A stretch of 64,000 bases of DNA from Candidatus Nezhaarchaeales archaeon (GTDB taxonomy: Archaea; Thermoproteota; Methanomethylicia; Nezhaarchaeales; WYZ-LMO8), in the NCBI GenBank assembly GCA_038887515.1, contig JAWAKK010000001.1:64001-128000 (forward strand). Reading direction: 5' to 3'. Positions within the stretch are counted from its first letter, which is position 1. Each line of letters begins with the position of its first letter. Shown here piece after piece: positions 57,559 to 64,000 of the stretch. The notes below the pieces were generated by a model. The model was not told where the DNA came from, did not search any database, and was given only the letters and a program-made list of their open reading frames with translations. Position numbers and translations under genes: made by a program.

Positions 57559-58866
57559 ATGAAATTCCACCTTCAATGCATAGAGTGTGGGGCTGAATAT
57601 TCTCCGTCACAAATCGTCTATTCTTGTCTAAAGTGCGGCGACTTATTAGATGTAGTTTACGACTATTCTGAGCTTACGGGCGTGAATCTTAGAGAGCTTT
57701 GGTCGGAAAGAGCCTTTGGCGTTTGGCGCTATCGCGAGCTTCTTCCAGTATTATCGAATAATCCTGTCACACTTAAGGAAGGTGGTACAAGGCTTCAATT
57801 GTGCGATAGGCTTGGGGAGATGCTTAAACTTCCCAACATTTACGTTAAGAACGAAGGCGATAACCCTACGGGCTCATTTAAGGATAGAGGGATGACCGTA
57901 GGCGTTACAAGGGCAAAGGAGCTGGGGTCAAAAGTTGTCATATGCGCTTCAACTGGAAACACGTCTGCATCTCTTGCGGCATACGCAGCTAAGGCAGGAC
58001 TTCACTGCATAGTTTTAGTACCTTCGGGCAAAGTCGCTTTAGGAAAACTTGCTCAAGCTATAGTCCACGGAGCTCACGTAATCCTAGTGAAGGAAAACTT
58101 TGATTATGCCCTTAGGGTCGTTAGAAAGCTCTGTTCAATATATCCACTTTACCTCCTCAATTCTATAAACCCTTACAGGCTCGAAGGACAGAGAACGCTT
58201 GCCTACGAAGTGTATGAGCAACTTGGATGCAGACCCCCTGATGTAGTTATAGTCCCTGTAGGCAACGCTGGTAACATAAGCGCCATATGGAAGGGATTTA
58301 AAGAGCTTAAGCTACTAGGCTTAACCGACAGCACCCCGAGAATGATTGGAGTTCAAGCAGAAGGAGCGGCACCATTAGCTAAGACCTTAAAAGAAAACAG
58401 TAACGAGCTGATAAGGGTTCCAAACCCGGAGACTGTTGCAACAGCTATAAGGATAGGGGCACCAGTTAACTGGAAAAAAGCTTTAAGGGCCATCAAGGAG
58501 TCAAAGGGTACCATAATTACGGTATCCGATGACGAGATACTGCATGCTCAAAGGCTTCTGGCTTCAAGGGAAGGTATATTTGTTGAACCTGCTAGCGCAG
58601 CATCTATAGCCGGTCTGATTAGCGTAATAAATCAAGGTTTCTTAGATAAAGGAGAGGTTGTGGTATGCGTTGCTACAGGACATGGATTGAAGGACTCCGA
58701 GGTAGTCTTTAAGAGCAACGTTAAGCCTGTAGAACTTCAAAGTGCTGACGAAATAGATAACTTCGTCAAATCGCTCCTGAATAATCATTATCTCTCAAAC
58801 ACCTCTACGCCTACAATTCTAGGCTTGCAGACAGCAATCAAGCATTCAACCCCCTCACACTCATAA
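57559..58866 (+). CDS. thrC: Threonine synthase
   Basis: N-terminal Zn ribbon, NPTGSFKDRG, ASTGNT, NS.NPYRLEGQ, PVGNAGN, EPASA, TGHGLKD. Confidence 0.95.
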   Translation: MKFHLQCIECGAEYSPSQIVYSCLKCGDLLDVVYDYSELTGVNLRELWSERAFGVWRYRELLPVLSNNPVTLKEGGTRLQLCDRLGEMLKLPNIYVKNEGDNPTGSFKDRGMTVGVTRAKELGSKVVICASTGNTSASLAAYAAKAGLHCIVLVPSGKVALGKLAQAIVHGAHVILVKENFDYALRVVRKLCSIYPLYLLNSINPYRLEGQRTLAYEVYEQLGCRPPDVVIVPVGNAGNISAIWKGFKELKLLGLTDSTPRMIGVQAEGAAPLAKTLKENSNELIRVPNPETVATAIRIGAPVNWKKALRAIKESKGTIITVSDDEILHAQRLLASREGIFVEPASAASIAGLISVINQGFLDKGEVVVCVATGHGLKDSEVVFKSNVKPVELQSADEIDNFVKSLLNNHYLSNTSTPTILGLQTAIKHSTPSHS

Positions 58867-59723
58867 GCTCTTTTCATTGCTTTCGCTACGTCCCACGAAT
58901 TGTTTTTTCTCGCATCAGTAACCGCTATAACTGTCGGACCAGCACCGCTAAGAGTTGCCCCTAGAGCCCCCGCTTCAATTGCTGCCTCCTTAGCCTTTAA
59001 GAACCCTGGGTACACTTTTGCTCTTGCCGCCTCAACTATTGTGTCGGAACTGACTGCCCTACCTATGAGCTCAAGATCCCCCTTAAATATCCCTATTATA
59101 AGCATAGAAAAGGAAGCCATAGATTCTACGTGTTCTCGAAGATTTATGTTCTTAGGAAGTACTGCACGCGCCCTTTCGGTAGTTTTCTTCACATTTGTGG
59201 GTATTGCTAAGGCGAATTCTAAGTGAGGAGGCGGTAGAAGCTTTTCGACCCTTAGAGGACTATAGCTTAAGATAGCTACGAATCCTCCAAGTATTGAAGG
59301 TGCTACATTGTCCGCGTGAGCTACACCCGATGATGCGACCTCGCCTAGGGCAGCGACCTCTATAAGATCAAGCGAGCTTAGCCTTAGGTCCAAGGCTTTA
59401 GCTAATGCGGCCGCCGTGGCAGCTGCAGTTGCTGCACTACTTCCTAATCCAACTCCTTGAGGTATACCCTTCCTAATTTTGATGATCGGGCGTCCTTCTA
59501 TGCCTTTCCTCCTCAATAGTTCTTTTGCGACTAAACCGGCGCTATTCCTCTCAGGGTCTACGGGAATTTGAGAAGCCTCCACTCCCTCAACCTCTATTTC
59601 TATGCCACTCCCTTTTCTAACCTCGACTTCAACTTCATCGTAGGCTAGGTCAAGCGCTACTCCGATAACGTCAAATCCTGGCCCTAAATTTGCTGAAGTA
59701 GCAGGAGCCCTTGCAACAATCAT
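58788..59723 (-). CDS. thrB: Homoserine kinase
   Basis: PATSANLGPGFD, IP...GLGSSAA, HADNVAP, LSGAGPT. Confidence 0.95.
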   Translation of the reverse strand: MIVARAPATSANLGPGFDVIGVALDLAYDEVEVEVRKGSGIEIEVEGVEASQIPVDPERNSAGLVAKELLRRKGIEGRPIIKIRKGIPQGVGLGSSAATAAATAAALAKALDLRLSSLDLIEVAALGEVASSGVAHADNVAPSILGGFVAILSYSPLRVEKLLPPPHLEFALAIPTNVKKTTERARAVLPKNINLREHVESMASFSMLIIGIFKGDLELIGRAVSSDTIVEAARAKVYPGFLKAKEAAIEAGALGATLSGAGPTVIAVTDARKNNSWDVAKAMKRAYECEGVECLIAVCKPRIVGVEVFER

Positions 59724-60476
59724 TTACTCGACACCCCTCAAGACCCTCTCCACAATTCTCTTAGGGACGCCAAAGACTTCCTTAGCGATCAAAGAGATAA
59801 GTTCATCGGATGGAGCCATGCGTTCTGCCTTGGTTCTTAAGCACATAGACAATTTTAAAGCTTCTTTCTCGTTCCTACTCTTAACCTTTCTCAACGCTAT
59901 CTTCTCAGCTATCCTTAACGCTATGTAAAACTTTATGAACGAGCGAAAACCCCTTTCATATTCTTTAAACTCTTCAGCTAAAGCTTTGTGAATTTTTAGG
60001 AGCTTCTCTTCATCTTCGAAGCCCAAAACAACAGCTGTTAACAATAGTCTCAGGACTCTAAATATAGTATTCTTACTTACATCACCAGCAACTTCTCGAA
60101 TCGCATCTGATGGTTTGGAACCGTTAAGCAATTTTTGAAGAATTTTTTCGCATTTAATCTCAAGCGAAAAAATTTGACTTAAAGTCTGGTGCTCGTCAAT
60201 TTCTATACCTAAGCCATATTTACCCACAATATAAACCATTGCTAATTCCTTATCGTATAGGTTTTTTGACGTCCATCCTCTTATGGGACCTATACCGCGT
60301 TTTCTATAAGCTTCGCTGAGTCTCTCGACTGTCTCGCTTCTGGTAACAATAGAGCCTGCGAGCATTAAGCTTAAAACATCATTACATGCATCTACGTGAA
60401 GCCTGTATGCCCTATTCATCGGCATTTTGCTCGCACCGGCAACATCTACTAGCTTATTAAGCAAAAATACATTCAA
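59724..60476 (-). CDS. Conserved hypothetical protein (DUF2192-like)
   Basis: R...V..L...Y...GI.P.RG.....LYDKE.A.VY.VGKYGLG, F..FYIA..IAE.IA. True start probably ATG 60419/60425. Confidence 0.7.
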   Translation of the reverse strand: MNVFLLNKLVDVAGASKMPMNRAYRLHVDACNDVLSLMLAGSIVTRSETVERLSEAYRKRGIGPIRGWTSKNLYDKELAMVYIVGKYGLGIEIDEHQTLSQIFSLEIKCEKILQKLLNGSKPSDAIREVAGDVSKNTIFRVLRLLLTAVVLGFEDEEKLLKIHKALAEEFKEYERGFRSFIKFYIALRIAEKIALRKVKSRNEKEALKLSMCLRTKAERMAPSDELISLIAKEVFGVPKRIVERVLRGVE

Positions 60477-60711
60477 AAATAAAAGGGTATAGCAATCTTA
60501 ACTCGAATCAACCTTCATTTTTATCATGTAGGTCTAACATTTAAGGAAGAATACATTATAGTTGTTCCATTTAAAACAATGCTCACGATTTTAGCGTTGC
60601 TTCCTTAACCTTAAGCCAAGACGTAAGTATCAAAAACGGGGGTTAAGAAAAGCTTAGAAGAACCCGGTACGAGTTACTAATGTGTCAAGGTAGTTAAATG
60701 GTGATAGTTCG

Positions 60712-61173
60712 TTGTCAGGGCACGTATATGTCCCATGGAAGCAGGTAAGCAGGTGGACGTGTATCAGGTGTGGTCAATGTTGTCGCGAATTTCTCGTGCC
60801 GCTACTCACCCACGAAGCCTTGAAAATGTACAAATCCTTTGGCCCCATAATAGTCCAAGTCAACGGAAAGATAGCTTTAGCTAAAAAGCCCGACGGCTCT
60901 TGCATCTTCCTAAGTTACGAGAGCGGCGTTGCAAAATGCGAAATATACTTCGAGAGACCAGGGGTTTGTAGGATATATCCATTCTATATAAAGGTGGGCT
61001 CTTCAGGAAGCAACGACGCGTTGTACGCTGACGAGTTGGGCTTTAAGTATGAAGTCTATGTTGATACTAGATGTCCCGGTTCTTATAGAGGACTACTTAT
61101 AGAACCTATTCTCCCTAAAGTCATTGAAACATGGAAGAGATTCTATGGTTGGTGGGTTTTAAGTAGGCGCTAA
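60712..61173 (+). CDS. YkgJ-family Cys-cluster (CxxCxxCC) protein
   Basis: C..CGQCC, C.FL, C.IY..RP.VCR.YPF, CPG. Confidence 0.85.
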   Translation: MSGHVYVPWKQVSRWTCIRCGQCCREFLVPLLTHEALKMYKSFGPIIVQVNGKIALAKKPDGSCIFLSYESGVAKCEIYFERPGVCRIYPFYIKVGSSGSNDALYADELGFKYEVYVDTRCPGSYRGLLIEPILPKVIETWKRFYGWWVLSRR

Positions 61174-61665
61174 ACCTTCATACATGTAGGAGCCTTTATA
61201 CAAATTCTCCGGCTTTGATTCAAGCCTTATAAATACTAATTGCATGATCCTAGCATTCCGCTCAAGGATTATACCGTAAGGATTTTCTACGAGGAGTAAA
61301 CCTTCTCCTCTACCTTCGTAGCCTGGGTCCCATAGAGCACTGATTATCGTAGCACCCATCCTCATAAGGCTGGAGCGGGGAAGGCCTACTGCGACACAGT
61401 CGCTTGGGACCTTTACTACCTCGTTGTACCTGACTTTATAGGCACCTTTTTCTAAGAAAAGTACTCCATGATCGTCAAACTCAAGTCTCTCGATTTCAGG
61501 TAATCTTCTCGAGGAATTTGAGAAACCCAGTACTCCATACCCCTTAAACCTATAAACCTCACTTACTGTAAGATCTATCCCGGCCGGCTGAACTTGAACC
61601 ACTTCGTCCAAGAGATTGTGGATGGCGCCCGACTTTAAAATGTACAGTCCTGGCAACACGGCCAC
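61159..61665 (-). CDS. Trimeric dUTPase / dCTP deaminase-family protein
   Basis: QVQPAGIDL, PRSSL.R.G, WDPGYEG, ARI.QLVF, Y.G.Y. Confidence 0.85.
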   Translation of the reverse strand: MAVLPGLYILKSGAIHNLLDEVVQVQPAGIDLTVSEVYRFKGYGVLGFSNSSRRLPEIERLEFDDHGVLFLEKGAYKVRYNEVVKVPSDCVAVGLPRSSLMRMGATIISALWDPGYEGRGEGLLLVENPYGIILERNARIMQLVFIRLESKPENLYKGSYMYEGLAPT

Positions 61666-61910
61666 AAAGTTTCACCTCTACATTATTATTACCTTAAAGT
61701 GAACTTCTAATAGTTAAGAACTAAGCGGCGTCTCTCCTAAAAAGAGATATAATTCAGACGCCGACTGAATGCGAAGTAGCCTTTTTCCTAAGGAACGAGG
61801 TTGATATCGCTACTAGATCTGCTAGATGTGCTCAGCTTATGTATGGAGGTACATGTCGTTAGCTATAAAATTACTATAGATTCTATGCTATTATAAGCAA
61901 GGGGGTTTGC

Positions 61911-63047
61911 TTGTCGCAAAAAATTGGAATTGTTTACAGCGATGCGTACTTGAAATATAACTTTGGCAGGGACCATCCATTTAATCCCTATCGCTTTAGG
62001 TTATTTTTCGACTTAATCAAGTATTATGGGCTTCTCGACAGGCTAGAGCACATAGAGCCACGGATGGCATCTGAAAGCGAGCTCGAGCTAGCTCATGATC
62101 GAGATTACATACATAAGGTGAAGAGGTTAAGTGAAGAAGGTCACGGTTTTCTCGATTTCGGAGATACTCCAGCATTTAGGGGGATGTTTGAAGCGTCAAG
62201 CTACCTCGTAGGAGGGACTCTGAGCGCTGTCGATGCTATAATGAGTGGAAGGTGCGATCACGCATTTAACCCTGGAGGAGGCTTCCATCACGCAGCCCGT
62301 AATAGAGGGGCAGGTTTTTGCGTCTTCAATGATATTGCAATAGCAATATTGTACCTTCTCGAGAAGTGGAAAGTCAATAGAGTTATGTTAGTGGACATGG
62401 ATGCCCATCACGGAGATGGAACGCAGTGGATCTTATACTCAGAGCCAAGGGCACTTAAGGTAGATTTTCACGAGTCTGGCATGTACCTCTATCCTGGAAC
62501 AGGCTTCGTAGATGAGATAGGTGAGGGAGAAGGTCGCGGCTTTATGGTTAATGTACCGTTACCCCCTAAGACCCACGACAAAGCATATCTATATGCCTTT
62601 AATGAGATAGTTCCAACGCTAGCTGAGGAGTACAAGCCGGATGTAATAATTCATCAATGCGGAGTAGACGCGCATTTTGAAGATCCACTCGCGCACTTAG
62701 CTCTCACGACAAGTGCTTACGCAGAGTTATCTAAATTGATGCATGAAGTGGCACACAAAGTAGCTAATGGAAGGTACGTAATGGTAGGCGGTGGAGGCTA
62801 CAACGTTGGGACGGTCGCCAGATCATGGACTATAATGATATCTAAGATTTTGGGGGTTGACTTACCAGATACGTTACCCCAAGGGTGGATGGTTGAATTT
62901 AAGAACTTAATGGGCTACGATCCCCCCACATCTCTTTACGATAAATCGAGACCTATTATGAGCGAAGGAGTTTGGAGGTCAATTATGGCCGACGTCGAAA
63001 AAATCGTTAGAGACGTAAAAAAGAGGTTCTCCCACTTTTTTAGATGA
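61911..63047 (+). CDS. Class I HDAC / AcuC-family deacetylase
   Basis: HPF.P.R, GGFHHA...GAGFC.FND, DMDAHHGDG, YPGTG, NVPL, GVDAH..DPL, GGGGY. Confidence 0.92.
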   Translation: MSQKIGIVYSDAYLKYNFGRDHPFNPYRFRLFFDLIKYYGLLDRLEHIEPRMASESELELAHDRDYIHKVKRLSEEGHGFLDFGDTPAFRGMFEASSYLVGGTLSAVDAIMSGRCDHAFNPGGGFHHAARNRGAGFCVFNDIAIAILYLLEKWKVNRVMLVDMDAHHGDGTQWILYSEPRALKVDFHESGMYLYPGTGFVDEIGEGEGRGFMVNVPLPPKTHDKAYLYAFNEIVPTLAEEYKPDVIIHQCGVDAHFEDPLAHLALTTSAYAELSKLMHEVAHKVANGRYVMVGGGGYNVGTVARSWTIMISKILGVDLPDTLPQGWMVEFKNLMGYDPPTSLYDKSRPIMSEGVWRSIMADVEKIVRDVKKRFSHFFR

Positions 63048-63053
63048 TAACCA

Positions 63054-64000
63054 TCATTCTATGAGGGGCCCTATGACGGTATGCCCAGCTAGCTTATTTA
63101 CTCTTTCAACCTGTTCGTCAACGTATCTTTGTACTTCAGCTATCTCGTCATCGTTTAAATGTCTAAATCTACCTTGCATCATCAAGTAATCTCTTACCGG
63201 TCTCCTCTTAGGGACTGGGACCGTAACTCTAAAGTTATTCTCTTCAATTTCGTAGAGGATCCACATGCCCGTGAGCACACCTAGCCTTGCGACCTCTATC
63301 GTTTTACTGGGGTCGAATCTCCATCCTGTAGGGCATGGAGCCAAAACATGTATGTACGCTGGCCCCTCTATTTCGGCTGCCTTTTTGACCTTATTTGCGA
63401 AATCTATTGGATGAGATATGCTTGCAACTGCAACATATGGTATTCCATGCGCTGCAACTATTGACGCCATATCCTTCTTGAATTGAAACTTCCCCCTCCA
63501 CTTAGTTCCAACGGGTGTAGTGGTGGTCCAAGCCTTGAAGGGAGTTGTTCCGCTACGTTGAATTCCCGTGTTCATGTAAGCTTCGTTATCCATACATATG
63601 TAGACGAAGTCGTGTCCCCTCTCAAGAGCACCACTTAAGGCTTGAAAGCCTATATCAGCCGTTCCACCGTCGCCAGCTAGAACGACTACATTAATCTCTC
63701 TATCAGCGAACTTCAGCCCTCTTTTCTTCAAAGCCTTTATCCCAACCTCGATACCGCTGGCAACAGCCGCAGCATTCTCAAAAGCTACGTGAATCCAAGG
63801 AACCTTCCAAGCTGTCTCGGGATAAACTGACGTGCTAACTTCTAAACATCCAGTTGGAGTTACAATTATGCAATAGGGGCCAAGAACTTTTGTTACAAGC
63901 CTAGCTATTACGCCTTCGGGGCACCCTTGACATAATCTATGCCCAGCACTGAAATATTCGGTTTTAGGCAGATCTCTTATGCTCTTAAACGTCTTGCTCT
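63054..64000 (-). CDS. porB: Pyruvate/2-oxoacid:ferredoxin oxidoreductase beta subunit, 5'-truncated by the window edge
   Basis: Frame is open to the window end (GHRLCQGC, TGCLEV, YP.TAW, FENAAA); GDGGT.DIG, DNEAYMNTGIQRS, PCPTGW. Confidence 0.93.
   Translation of the reverse strand, partial: SKTFKSIRDLPKTEYFSAGHRLCQGCPEGVIARLVTKVLGPYCIIVTPTGCLEVSTSVYPETAWKVPWIHVAFENAAAVASGIEVGIKALKKRGLKFADREINVVVLAGDGGTADIGFQALSGALERGHDFVYICMDNEAYMNTGIQRSGTTPFKAWTTTTPVGTKWRGKFQFKKDMASIVAAHGIPYVAVASISHPIDFANKVKKAAEIEGPAYIHVLAPCPTGWRFDPSKTIEVARLGVLTGMWILYEIEENNFRVTVPVPKRRPVRDYLMMQGRFRHLNDDEIAEVQRYVDEQVERVNKLAGHTVIGPLIE

Noticed and set aside
58788-58866. 79-nt convergent overlap of thrC and thrB as an antisense regulatory device
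   Set aside because: Convergent 3' overlaps recur across this compact window (for example 2841, 9629, 42156, 43225, 45039, 61159). The thrC tail looks like a non-conserved read-on.

Overview
Gene-dense archaeal chromosome segment, most likely a thermophilic TACK/Thermoproteota archaeon. The taxonomy is an inference from the aKMT-like methyltransferase, DUF2153/DUF2192-type genes, LysW-mediated Lys/Arg cluster and Mtr genes, which together fit Nezhaarchaeales/Methanomethylicia-like lineages. Most of the window is housekeeping: XPD/Rad3 helicase (5'-truncated), glyS, HMG-CoA synthase-thiolase-DUF35 operon, two tungsten AORs, gatCAB, GGPP synthase, Lhr, uppS, trm112, rtcB, argG-argH-argX-lysYZJK-lysM-lysW-lysX, speB, rpoP, aIF1, nadM, carAB, thrCB, dUTPase/dcd, AcuC-type deacetylase and porB (5'-truncated). 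I found no tRNA, rRNA, CRISPR array or transposase. Highlights: (1) a rearranged, 'stalk-only' Mtr module: mtrB, an MtrA corrinoid domain fused to an MtrF-type tail, a stand-alone MtrA-type membrane anchor and mtrG, with no mtrE/D/C in the window, facing an inverted mtrH-marker-14 pair whose mtrH appears to start at ATA; (2) a mevalonate-operon thiolase that has lost all three catalytic-motif residues; (3) an unannotated C/D-box guide RNA whose guide matches the tRNA-Lys(UUU) anticodon loop (predicted Um34), with Trm9-like and Trm112 genes in the same window; (4) a 1003-aa HerA-type ATPase fused to a coiled coil and 13 tandem Cys/His zinc-binding repeats. Family assignments come from remembered motifs; no database search was run.
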